Shown here piece after piece: positions 42,796 to 52,003 of a DNA stretch of 64,000 nt (position 1 is the stretch's first letter; the number at the start of each line of letters is the position of its first letter). The notes beneath the pieces were generated by a model. It did not search any database, was not told where the DNA came from, and saw only the letters and a program-made list of their open reading frames with translations. Origin of the DNA: a virus; IMG/VR virus record IMGVR_UViG_3300026290_000001. One strand, given 5' to 3'. A program made the translations under genes and the position numbers.

Positions 42796-44670
42796 TTATC
42801 GTTTGCGAATTTGGGGTTTTTTAAATTGAAATAATTCTTGGACATTAATATCGTTGTTGGTTTTTCTTTGTGTAATATGTTTTCTTCTTAATTGTTGCAA
42901 ATACCATGCTAACATGGCAATGCAATATGCACGGTCATCGTGCATGATTCTTTCTTTATCAGGTGGAAGATTATATCTATATCCACCATTAGGACTATCA
43001 AATCTATAAATATTTACCAATTCTTCTTTTGCCAAATCAATATTTTTTAATGCTAATTCTTCATCAAAAGATAATTTATGTATTTTTTGACTAGATTGAA
43101 TATCTTTCTTTTTATTTTTATTATCATCTTCATATTCTACTTCCTGATTCTCAAATAAAGAAATATATCCCTTCATATCATACTCTTCTGTAAATGATAT
43201 TAAATCTAATCCCAACATTTCAACTAATGCATCAAACATTTCATTTTTATATTTTTTAGGACTCATTAATTTTAATTTATCTACTGCATTTGGAAATTTA
43301 GTAATATAATCAGCAGATTCTATTTTATCAATCAACCCTTTATGTGGATTGCCTTGTTGATCAATCCAATCCTCCATAAGATAGTCTGCAATATTTACGC
43401 CAGCACCGCCAGCACCCGAATCAATGAGAATTGCTTCAATATTTTCATAATCAGCACATTGTTTTCCATTGTAATCTAAAATCATTTGTTTTAAATATGC
43501 AATTTGTTCTGGTGTTCTCATTGGTGTTTTTTTCTTCTTACCAATGTCTACAAAACTAACACCATTGCAAATTCTCATTTTATATCCAACTTGTTCATCA
43601 AAATAAATTTCACCAACTAAAGATACCGAATTATCATAACTCCTAGCAGGATCATATCCTATCACAAACTTACTATTATCAGTGTTATATAAAATAGGAG
43701 GTCTAACTTCACTATTTCTAATTATAACTGATCTTTTAATTGCCTGATTTTCTCCGCCTTCATTAGAAAATTTATTATAATACTCTCTTAAGGCTTTAAT
43801 TTTATTCTTTTTCATAGCATCTTCTACAACTTCTTTTTTCAACAAAGATGGGTAAACCTTACCATTATAAGTAGAATTAAATACAATTTCTACATTTATA
43901 TCTGCAACAAAATAATTTTTATTACCTAAAAACATCTCTTTGGCATAATCTCTATATACCTTGTAAAAATATGTGTCCGTACCAGATGCTGAAGATGCAA
44001 ATATTGCTTGGTTAGGAAACTCTTTAGGTAATAAATCTAAGTTTATATCTCCACCTAATTTAAAGTTACTATCTTGTGTAATAAAGGGTAGGGAAGTAAT
44101 AAACAATTCTTCTGGTGCAAAACCACTTTCATCATAAATATTTAAATTACTTCTTTTACTTCTATTATGATCAAAAGCACCATTTAGTGAATTTAAAGCA
44201 CTTCCATTATAAAGTTTATATTGAAATGAAGAAGGATTATGTGTAAATCCATCAGTATCAGACCTACTTTTAACTGTTTCATTATAAAAAACATCTGTTA
44301 ATCCAGTAAAAGAAGCAATTTCTCTTTTTGCTATTTTTTCTATTTTCATAAATGCTTCTTGTGCTTGACTACCAACTCCACTCATTACATATGCTTGAAA
44401 ATTAGATATTAAATTAGTCTTTGCCATTGCAAAAGGTGCAATCATTGTAGTTTTACCACTACCCCTACTCTGACACCATACACAAAAAGGAGTTGTCCAA
44501 CTCATCATAAAAACATACTTTTGACTATCTAAAAAATCAATTCCATAGAAACGTTCACAAAAACGAATGGGGTATTGCCTCCCCCATTGTACAATTTGTA
44601 CTAAACGCATATATCCTTCTAATTTTCTTTGAGACATTTCTTGTTTTGTTTTTTGAATAATATATTCCAT
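42796..44670 (-). CDS. terminase large subunit
   Basis: Walker A CQSRGSGKTT and Walker B LNIYDESGF. C-terminal nuclease-type segments GYDPARS and LIDSGAGGAG. Confidence 0.9.
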   Translation of the reverse strand: MEYIIQKTKQEMSQRKLEGYMRLVQIVQWGRQYPIRFCERFYGIDFLDSQKYVFMMSWTTPFCVWCQSRGSGKTTMIAPFAMAKTNLISNFQAYVMSGVGSQAQEAFMKIEKIAKREIASFTGLTDVFYNETVKSRSDTDGFTHNPSSFQYKLYNGSALNSLNGAFDHNRSKRSNLNIYDESGFAPEELFITSLPFITQDSNFKLGGDINLDLLPKEFPNQAIFASSASGTDTYFYKVYRDYAKEMFLGNKNYFVADINVEIVFNSTYNGKVYPSLLKKEVVEDAMKKNKIKALREYYNKFSNEGGENQAIKRSVIIRNSEVRPPILYNTDNSKFVIGYDPARSYDNSVSLVGEIYFDEQVGYKMRICNGVSFVDIGKKKKTPMRTPEQIAYLKQMILDYNGKQCADYENIEAILIDSGAGGAGVNIADYLMEDWIDQQGNPHKGLIDKIESADYITKFPNAVDKLKLMSPKKYKNEMFDALVEMLGLDLISFTEEYDMKGYISLFENQEVEYEDDNKNKKKDIQSSQKIHKLSFDEELALKNIDLAKEELVNIYRFDSPNGGYRYNLPPDKERIMHDDRAYCIAMLAWYLQQLRRKHITQRKTNNDINVQELFQFKKPQIRKR

Positions 44671-44678
44671 TAATTATT

Positions 44679-45833
44679 TCACACCTTTAAATCACCTTCA
44701 TAATTATATATTTTTGTTTTTAATAATCTATTTTCTTCTTCTAATTTATCATTAGACTCGGTAAGATTTAAAATCATTTCACGTTGCTTAGTAATCATTT
44801 CAGTATAATCATTTTCGTCAAATATTAATTGTTCAATAATACTTTTATTGCTTATATCAGCAACTTGCTTTATACCCTTGCAAGTTTCTATATCAAATAA
44901 ATTAACTTCTGAACCTGGTATTTTTTTTTCATGCAAATCTTTAATTATTCCTGATAATGTACCTGCTCCTTTTGATTTATTAGTTGCATGATTTACTGAT
45001 ATACCATTATCTTTAGCCAATGCTAATAATGAACGATACATCTTATCTTTTGCTTCAAATAATGATTTAACTCCACCTACAGAATTTGCAACATTATTAA
45101 CATCTGCTGTCATAATTGCTAACGCTTGATTAATTTTATCTATTTGATTAAAACTTTTAACTATTTCTATGACGGTTGGCAGTTTGAACGAATCCTCAAG
45201 TGTGCTTTCGTCAAGAAAATCAACTAAAGTATTATAAAGATATTTTTTATCCATAGGGTTTTCATTCTCAAATGGATCATAACCAACCATACGAATTACA
45301 TCTTCTTTATTTCTTTTATCCAACTCATTAGTATCTAAATCAATTTCCGTTTGAAATATATTTGGATCAACATTTGTATCTAATGGTACAGATTCAGAAA
45401 ATGTTTTTGATTTCCATTGTGGTAAACTATTAATTTTTTGAAAGTAGATTTGAGCTATATTACTATTACTGTTACTTGCTTGTTGTTCAGCAGTTAAATA
45501 TACCGATGAATCAAAATAATAATCTAATAATCTACATAAAAAATATAATGCCACTTTACAATCATCATGTTTTTCAACAAGATAAGCATATAAATCAATT
45601 ACACATTGTTTACAAATGACTGTACGTTGGTTATTCCCCTTTAATATTATAGAATTTGACAAATAGTAGTTTCTTTCTTGCTCTTTTTCTTCTCCACAAC
45701 AAACGCATTTAAACATAATTTTTTCTTTTTTTTCTTGTGGTACTTTTTTAGTACCAGATTTTACTTTAGGAATAAGTACCACTCCTTTTATCCTTTGATC
45801 TAAAATAAATTTTCCCAATTCAATACACAACAA
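44679..45833 (-). CDS. zinc-ribbon protein upstream of terminase (small-terminase candidate)
   Basis: CVCCGEEK..CKQC zinc ribbon and a C-terminal coiled coil. The call rests on position only and the start is uncertain (TTG at 45833 or ATG at 45716). Confidence 0.3.
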   Translation of the reverse strand: MLCIELGKFILDQRIKGVVLIPKVKSGTKKVPQEKKEKIMFKCVCCGEEKEQERNYYLSNSIILKGNNQRTVICKQCVIDLYAYLVEKHDDCKVALYFLCRLLDYYFDSSVYLTAEQQASNSNSNIAQIYFQKINSLPQWKSKTFSESVPLDTNVDPNIFQTEIDLDTNELDKRNKEDVIRMVGYDPFENENPMDKKYLYNTLVDFLDESTLEDSFKLPTVIEIVKSFNQIDKINQALAIMTADVNNVANSVGGVKSLFEAKDKMYRSLLALAKDNGISVNHATNKSKGAGTLSGIIKDLHEKKIPGSEVNLFDIETCKGIKQVADISNKSIIEQLIFDENDYTEMITKQREMILNLTESNDKLEEENRLLKTKIYNYEGDLKV

Positions 45834-45897
45834 AACACTTTCAAAATCCCAATAGAGTAGGGAAGTGAAAGTGTTTAATGTAAATTGAATTATTTAT

Positions 45898-46206
45898 TTA
45901 ATTATCTTCCAAACTTTCTATTACAATATGATCTACCATCGTCTCAAAGAAAGATTCAAGAACGTCATGTACGCACCCAGGGCATATTTGACCATCGGCA
46001 AGTTCATAAATCATTTCAACATATCTATCTATGGTACAATTCACACAATCACAACCATCGTCTTCATCATCATAATCACTAAAATTCAATTCTTCAAACA
46101 TTTCATCAAAATCATTTTCACTACATGGTTCATCATTAATAGCATACCTAGAACCTACAAATTCTCCTGTACGATCATCATAATATTCGTCAATACTTAA
46201 TTTCAT
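45898..46206 (-). CDS. acidic Cys-containing hypothetical protein
   Basis: 102 aa, very acidic, with CDCVNC and CPGC pairs. No family recognised. Confidence 0.4.
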   Translation of the reverse strand: MKLSIDEYYDDRTGEFVGSRYAINDEPCSENDFDEMFEELNFSDYDDEDDGCDCVNCTIDRYVEMIYELADGQICPGCVHDVLESFFETMVDHIVIESLEDN

Positions 46207-46258
46207 AAATTAATCTCCTTTAATTCATTTATATTTATTTTAATAATTTAATTAAAAT

Positions 46259-47227
46259 TTAAATTGGTATCAACATCAACTTAGTTTTATCATAAATTAA
46301 TTCACCATTGTCATTCTGACACACATATATAAATCCTTGCTGTTGTGGTACAGTTAATAATCCATCGGTATAATCCATTGCTTCTGTTTCACAACAACAA
46401 CCTTGTTCATACATATATATATCACCTTGAATATAAGAACCAAGTTTATGAGTGTGGGCTAATATAATTGAATCAAAATCCCTATCAATCCTAAAAAAAT
46501 AATCAATAGCTTTTTCAGTAGTTTTTAACATTCCATTTGAAGATGTTCTAGGATGTGCAAACCATGTTTTCCCTATTTTACATTTCCAATCTTTTGTATA
46601 TTCAATATCAATATCAAAAACATTTTTAATAGGTTCATACCAAATTTCTGTTTTTTGCCTTTTATCATAATTTTTAAAACCATTATCAATAATCATATCT
46701 AAAGAAGTATCAGGCATTAATTGAAGTAAATCATCGTGTATTTTATCACTAAAATATTTTTGTAATCTCAATTCATGATTCCCATAATTTAAAATCACTT
46801 TCTTTGGTTTTAAATATTCAATTAAATCAATTATGTATTGCCTAGTTTCAATCATTTCTTCAACAAAATTAACTCTATATTTTTTACTAAATTTACTAAT
46901 TGATTGACAATCAGATATGTCTCCATTTAACTGTAAAACGTCAACTTTATTTATATATTCTCTAAAAGTTTTTACTGGAAGTTGAAATGGAACGTGAGTG
47001 TCAGATATTGATAAAATTCTAGTAGCAACACCATTGCTTTTAAGATAGTTGTCATACTCAATTAAACCATAAGCAGTTTTTCTTAAATGATCTGCACTAC
47101 AATCTAACTTTAATAAATCAACAATTTCTTGCCATTCAATATCATATTTTTCTATAAGTTTTAATTTGCATAATCTTAATTTCCATTCAAAACCCGATTC
47201 TGAATCTTTCTTATTTAAAAATTCCAT
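46259..47227 (-). CDS. calcineurin-like metallophosphoesterase
   Basis: Motifs in order: SISDTHVP, LNGDISD, NYGNHE and ILAHTHK. Confidence 0.8.
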   Translation of the reverse strand: MEFLNKKDSESGFEWKLRLCKLKLIEKYDIEWQEIVDLLKLDCSADHLRKTAYGLIEYDNYLKSNGVATRILSISDTHVPFQLPVKTFREYINKVDVLQLNGDISDCQSISKFSKKYRVNFVEEMIETRQYIIDLIEYLKPKKVILNYGNHELRLQKYFSDKIHDDLLQLMPDTSLDMIIDNGFKNYDKRQKTEIWYEPIKNVFDIDIEYTKDWKCKIGKTWFAHPRTSSNGMLKTTEKAIDYFFRIDRDFDSIILAHTHKLGSYIQGDIYMYEQGCCCETEAMDYTDGLLTVPQQQGFIYVCQNDNGELIYDKTKLMLIPI

Positions 47228-47255
47228 AAGACCTCCTTTAATTCAAAGGTTAATT

Positions 47256-47331
47256 TGGAGCCGAGTATAGGATTTGAACCCATAATCTGTTGTTTACAAG
47301 ACAACTGCCTTATCAATTTGGCTAACCCGGC
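47256..47331 (-). tRNA. tRNA-Thr (anticodon UGU), CCA encoded
   Basis: Minus strand folds by hand as GCCGGGT-TA-GCCA..AGGC-A-GTTGT-CTTGTAA-ACAAC-AGATT-ATGGG-TTCAAAT-CCTAT-ACTCGGC-TCCA. It has a 7-bp acceptor stem, a TTCAAAT T-loop and an anticodon loop with U33 followed by UGU. Confidence 0.85.
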
Positions 47332-47533
47332 AAATTAGAAAGTTGGTATCTGCCTAACTTAATAGGTCAAATCCCACTTTCTTTGTTATTAATATTAATT
47401 CAGTCGGCGTAAAGCCTTTATAATAAAATTCAAACTTTAGTAGATTGGCACTCGCTATATCTCTTCAAAGAGCATAATTTTAATAGTTTGATAGCTGTCC
47501 ATTCTACCCTCAAAGTTTAAATTTATTAATATA

Positions 47534-47920
47534 TTATTCTTTTTCAATCAAAATCTTTTTCTTTTCAGGTCTATCTAAAATTAAAGTAATAAAAGTTAAA
47601 CCATTTTTACTTTTAACTTTTATTTTTTCAATCTCATTCATAATACTATCAGCAATGGGTAATTCAAAATATGTGTCATAAGTATATCCTTCAACCTCAG
47701 TTGAACCACTTACTTTCAGGCCAAAGTTTGTTTCTTCAACCTTTACATCACTAGGATCAATACCAATCGTTTTACAAACACACATATAGGTTTTATCGTC
47801 TTTTTTGCTCCAGTATGTAGGAAGCATGTCCTTCACAATTGAATTAAAAACTAATTTTCTAGGCTTTCCAAAACCTAAAGTAAATAAATCCTCAAAAACA
47901 TCATCAAAAATCCTACTCAT
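47534..47920 (-). CDS. Hsp20/alpha-crystallin-like small heat-shock protein
   Basis: Layout P.Y..kkDDKTYMCVCKTIGIDPSDVKVEE..LKVSG....Y...FELP..I....I.VKSKNGLTFITL matches the ACD beta-sandwich pattern. Confidence 0.55.
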   Translation of the reverse strand: MSRIFDDVFEDLFTLGFGKPRKLVFNSIVKDMLPTYWSKKDDKTYMCVCKTIGIDPSDVKVEETNFGLKVSGSTEVEGYTYDTYFELPIADSIMNEIEKIKVKSKNGLTFITLILDRPEKKKILIEKE

Positions 47921-48017
47921 AAAAATTCCTCCTTAAAATAATTTTAAAAAATATTGATAAAGTGGAATACCACATTTATCCTAAAAAATAAATAATAAAA
48001 TAATTTTAATTTTTATA

Positions 48018-48227
48018 TTAATAACCTAAAAAATATTCCTCCTCATCTATTTTAAATTCTTCTCCATTTTTAATTGCTAAATATTTTTTAAATTTAAACT
48101 CATCCACATATTTCTTTTTTCGCTTGCTTTTCTTTTTTACACTTGTAGTTACCCAATTTTTATTTGTTTCTTTAAGGATACCTAAATCTATCATTTCCTG
48201 AAATTGTGCTTTTGTTATTTGGATCAA
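48018..48227 (-). CDS. hypothetical protein
   Basis: 69-aa lysine-rich ORF followed by a hairpin and U-run (about 47955-47995). Confidence 0.4.
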   Translation of the reverse strand: MIQITKAQFQEMIDLGILKETNKNWVTTSVKKKSKRKKKYVDEFKFKKYLAIKNGEEFKIDEEEYFLGY

Positions 48228-48380
48228 AGTTAATCTATAACTCCTTTATTATTTATTGTAATAAAAAATAAAAACTAATAAACATATCGACCAAATATTT
48301 ATTAGCAATATTTATATTGATACTATATTCATTACATACAAATACTTATTTTTTTAAATAGTGTTGATATATTGGGATTG

Positions 48381-49202
48381 TTAAGGATTTTCTATTACTT
48401 TAGCAGGTCTATATTTATCTTTATAATTATGCCATGCTTTTCTCTGCCATTCTAATTGTTTTTCCCTCCAACAACTCCTACAAAATTTTCTTCTATTAGA
48501 TGTTGCTTTTATTAATTTTCCACATTCATTACAATTAATAATTTTTGGATTACCATTATACAAATCAAAGTAATATCCAATATTATCAAAGGTAGTTATT
48601 TCAAAAACTACTATTCCATTTTCCTTGATATTATTCATAAATATAAGATGAATTTTCCCCTTCATTCTAACATCAACCAATCCTAAAATCTCTAATTCAT
48701 TAATTATGGCATTTATTTTATACTCATTATTAGATATTTTAGACACTTCTAATATCTCATTATATGTATTTTGATTACCACTTATATAATTATATTTTAA
48801 AACATTTCCGTATTTTAATTTATGTATTTCTTTATATATCTTCATTTCTACTAACAAAACAAACAGAATTTTTTTATAATTATACTCTATATCTAAATTA
48901 TTAATGTATTCAATTTCTTCGTTTGTTATAGGAATACTATCAATAATTATTAAAGGGTTATCTTTTCTACCTCCTTTTTTGAGTGCAGTATTAATTTGTT
49001 TGAAATATAAAACATCATTGAAATTAACTATATACTTCTTGCAAAATTCATATAATTTTTCTTTTCGTTGTTTAGGTTTTATGCCAAGTTTTTTCCAATA
49101 TTTAACTAACAAAACCAATTCATAATTATGACGTTCAGTTAAAAATCCATGTTGTTCAATTTGTTTTGCATATTCTTCTTCATTGTATTTTTCTTGAATC
49201 AA
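48381..49202 (-). CDS. hypothetical protein with C-terminal zinc ribbon
   Basis: CNECGKLIKATSNRRKFCRSCW at the C-terminus. Lies directly downstream of the RNA polymerase gene (4-nt overlap). Confidence 0.4.
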   Translation of the reverse strand: MIQEKYNEEEYAKQIEQHGFLTERHNYELVLLVKYWKKLGIKPKQRKEKLYEFCKKYIVNFNDVLYFKQINTALKKGGRKDNPLIIIDSIPITNEEIEYINNLDIEYNYKKILFVLLVEMKIYKEIHKLKYGNVLKYNYISGNQNTYNEILEVSKISNNEYKINAIINELEILGLVDVRMKGKIHLIFMNNIKENGIVVFEITTFDNIGYYFDLYNGNPKIINCNECGKLIKATSNRRKFCRSCWREKQLEWQRKAWHNYKDKYRPAKVIENP

Positions 49203-52003
49203 ATAATCACTTCTTCCAACTTGTACTTTTTATTCAAGTAAACAATACCCCCTTCTTTATTAGGCATGGGAAAAAATATAGATTCTTTTGTGTTTGATTT
49301 AATATTTGAAAAAATATACTTACCAAAGGAATTCCATAAAATATCTTTGTTTGAACTTTTATATTCACAATAAAATATTTCAACTAAATAATTAGTTAAT
49401 TCATATGCGTATGAACATATTTCAAACATTCTACTTTTAAAGTCATCATAAATATTATTTACAATACGATCAGATTCTTCATCAAATTGCTCTTTGTTGG
49501 CATTTTGATTAATACCCATAGTATTCAAGTCTTTTAATTCTTTCATAAATTTTTTATACTCATTTAATACTTTCTGATAGGTTTCTTGATTTTTAGGAAT
49601 ATCATTTTTCATATATAATTTATACAAATCACCTATTTTACTTGTTTTTAATTTACTTTTAATATCAAAATCAACATTTTCAATATGTTTACACAATAAA
49701 TTCATTACACTGTCACTATCAATTACTGGTAAAAATCTATAATATGCATCCACAAAAGACTGTTCTTTTTCATTACAATTTTCCTTAATTAATAGTTCAT
49801 TTAATGTTAATCCAAATTTTTGCTGACTAGACAAATCGTTACTTTTGACATATTTTTTATATTTATTATAGGTATTTTTATAAAGATGAATAAAAAAATA
49901 TGGATGTTTATCCAATAATATTTTATTTAAAAATTCCTTTTCTTTTTTAACTTTTTCATCATCATCTTTATAAATTTTTTGCCTTTCAATCCAAATCTTA
50001 GGAATGCCCTTAACTTTTTTACCTATTTTTGCTTTATCAATTTGAGCAGATTGAAGTTTCGTACACATTTTTAATCTATTTATCAATGTTTGATATTCCA
50101 AACTTTCTTTATTAAAAAGAGGGAGTAAGGCATAAGCACTTGTACTTTTATTTGTTATAGAGCCTATAGTGGAACCAAAGGCGAAAAGATCAGCTTTATA
50201 TAAATCTTCTTCTGTAAATACCATAGATATAGATTTAGGTGCATCATAAACCACTGGCAACTCATCTTGAAATATTGAATTTAATATTGTTTGATCAGAA
50301 GTAGTTGCAATAATATCAAAATCCCAATCACTTCCAGCCCAATTAAGAGTTTCATAACCATGTATATTTACTATTACTCCACCATCATCACAATACTTAT
50401 ACCATTTATTTAATTTATCATGATTAATTAAATTTAATTTCAAATGTTCTGATTTATAAGTAAGTGGTGCTCTCATTGAATCTACGATACAAACATTTTT
50501 TTTATTCCAATAATTACAATAATACTCTTTTTCTTTAAGCAATCCAGTAACCTTTTGCCCGCAAATATGTTGCATCATAGCATAGGGATCACTTACTAAA
50601 ACCTGAAAATTTCCATCTAAAATAATTTCACCAAGACAACCTCTTTTTATGATATTGTTAGTATATTTATAAACTTTATCTCTGATATATTTATCATTTT
50701 TTAATTCATGATTAACTATCAAACTTTTTAACCAATAATTATTACTATACTTTAAAAAATATTGAATACTTTCTTGAGTTATATTTTCTCCTAATAAAAA
50801 TAATAACGTATAATATATATTATCAAAATTGACCCCAGTAACCCAATCAACAAAAGGAGTACAAATCTTCTTAATATCTTTTTGGTTTAAATCCAAAGTC
50901 TGTAAAAATTGATAATTCATTTTTAATATATCATTAGGTTTTTTAGGAGAAGTTAAACTAACACCCCATTTTAAATCATTCATCTCGCAATTATGTATAT
51001 ATTCTTCTAAACTACCAAACGCATTCCAAAGTTTAAATTGACTTTCCGATACAACCACATCGATATCCCTTAAATCAACCTGTATTGGATTATTATTGTC
51101 TTTGTATATAGTATTTATTATATAATTACCATGATTTTCATTTTCACAATATTCATCTATATCAAATACGCAGAGCATCCCTTTCAGAAAATTCTGCCTG
51201 ACACAAAATTGACCAGGAATATAATCTAATCCTAATTCTTCTGCCCATTCTTTAGCTTTACTTGGTTTAATCAACCCTTGACCATCAAACCTATTAAAAC
51301 TCAACTCTACTTCTTTAATTACAATATCATCATCTTTATTTTCTTCTGTTTCAGTTACAAAATTAACATTAACTTTTTGCTTAATTTCATAATCAGGCAC
51401 TACACAAAATTTAGGCGTACTTACTATTTTTGTAGATGAACCCGACAATCCTTTATATGCATTGTATTTAGAAGGGCATAGGGGTATATTTTTATCTCTA
51501 TTATTATCTAAAATTTCATTAAGTTGATTTAAAATTTTCTCGTTGCAAAATACCACTGTTGAAACTCTGGATTGACTGGCAGATGATGATAATCTAAAAT
51601 ACCGTTCAGAATTTAATAATAATCCATTTTTAAATAAATAATTATAATGTGAGTTATGTTCCATTACTATAGTTATGTACTCAGGAATAAAAAGCATATC
51701 TAAAATATTATTTTGTAATTCTATTATTCTACTTGAGTTTTCCTTTGAATATATTTGTTTTTTTAACCTATCTCTTTCTTTATACCATTGTTCAAGTTGT
51801 ATATAATTAATTTCTTTACCAGTTATTTTTCTAATACTTCTAAGAATTTGATTGTCTGATAAAGCAATTAACTCACCATTTTGTTTAGCTTGTTGTGGAG
51901 TTAATTGTATATCATACCCATATTCTTTAAGCCTAGATGATTTAAATTTCATAGTATATAATTGTCTATTTATCAATATTTTTTGCCTCCAATAAATCTT
52001 CAT
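49199..52003 (-). CDS. single-subunit two-barrel RNA polymerase, YonO / cellular-RdRP-like
   Basis: GQFCVRQNFLKGMLCVFD parallels the RdRP Q.R...aKGml.vD barrel motif. VDSMRAPLTYKSEH parallels v.RnP.lhpgD. NWAGSDWDFDIIATT supplies a DxDxD metal-binding loop (coding 50315-50329). The start is uncertain (ATG at 52003, TTG at 51979 or ATG at 51952). Confidence 0.75.
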   Translation of the reverse strand: MKIYWRQKILINRQLYTMKFKSSRLKEYGYDIQLTPQQAKQNGELIALSDNQILRSIRKITGKEINYIQLEQWYKERDRLKKQIYSKENSSRIIELQNNILDMLFIPEYITIVMEHNSHYNYLFKNGLLLNSERYFRLSSSASQSRVSTVVFCNEKILNQLNEILDNNRDKNIPLCPSKYNAYKGLSGSSTKIVSTPKFCVVPDYEIKQKVNVNFVTETEENKDDDIVIKEVELSFNRFDGQGLIKPSKAKEWAEELGLDYIPGQFCVRQNFLKGMLCVFDIDEYCENENHGNYIINTIYKDNNNPIQVDLRDIDVVVSESQFKLWNAFGSLEEYIHNCEMNDLKWGVSLTSPKKPNDILKMNYQFLQTLDLNQKDIKKICTPFVDWVTGVNFDNIYYTLLFLLGENITQESIQYFLKYSNNYWLKSLIVNHELKNDKYIRDKVYKYTNNIIKRGCLGEIILDGNFQVLVSDPYAMMQHICGQKVTGLLKEKEYYCNYWNKKNVCIVDSMRAPLTYKSEHLKLNLINHDKLNKWYKYCDDGGVIVNIHGYETLNWAGSDWDFDIIATTSDQTILNSIFQDELPVVYDAPKSISMVFTEEDLYKADLFAFGSTIGSITNKSTSAYALLPLFNKESLEYQTLINRLKMCTKLQSAQIDKAKIGKKVKGIPKIWIERQKIYKDDDEKVKKEKEFLNKILLDKHPYFFIHLYKNTYNKYKKYVKSNDLSSQQKFGLTLNELLIKENCNEKEQSFVDAYYRFLPVIDSDSVMNLLCKHIENVDFDIKSKLKTSKIGDLYKLYMKNDIPKNQETYQKVLNEYKKFMKELKDLNTMGINQNANKEQFDEESDRIVNNIYDDFKSRMFEICSYAYELTNYLVEIFYCEYKSSNKDILWNSFGKYIFSNIKSNTKESIFFPMPNKEGGIVYLNKKYKLEEVII

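Noticed and set aside
47337-47382. A second tRNA next to tRNA-Thr, suggested by 7-bp complementary ends and a GGTCAAATCCC string resembling a T-arm.
   Set aside because: It is only 46 nt long and no D-arm or anticodon arm can be drawn. The T-arm-like string has no complementary stem halves.
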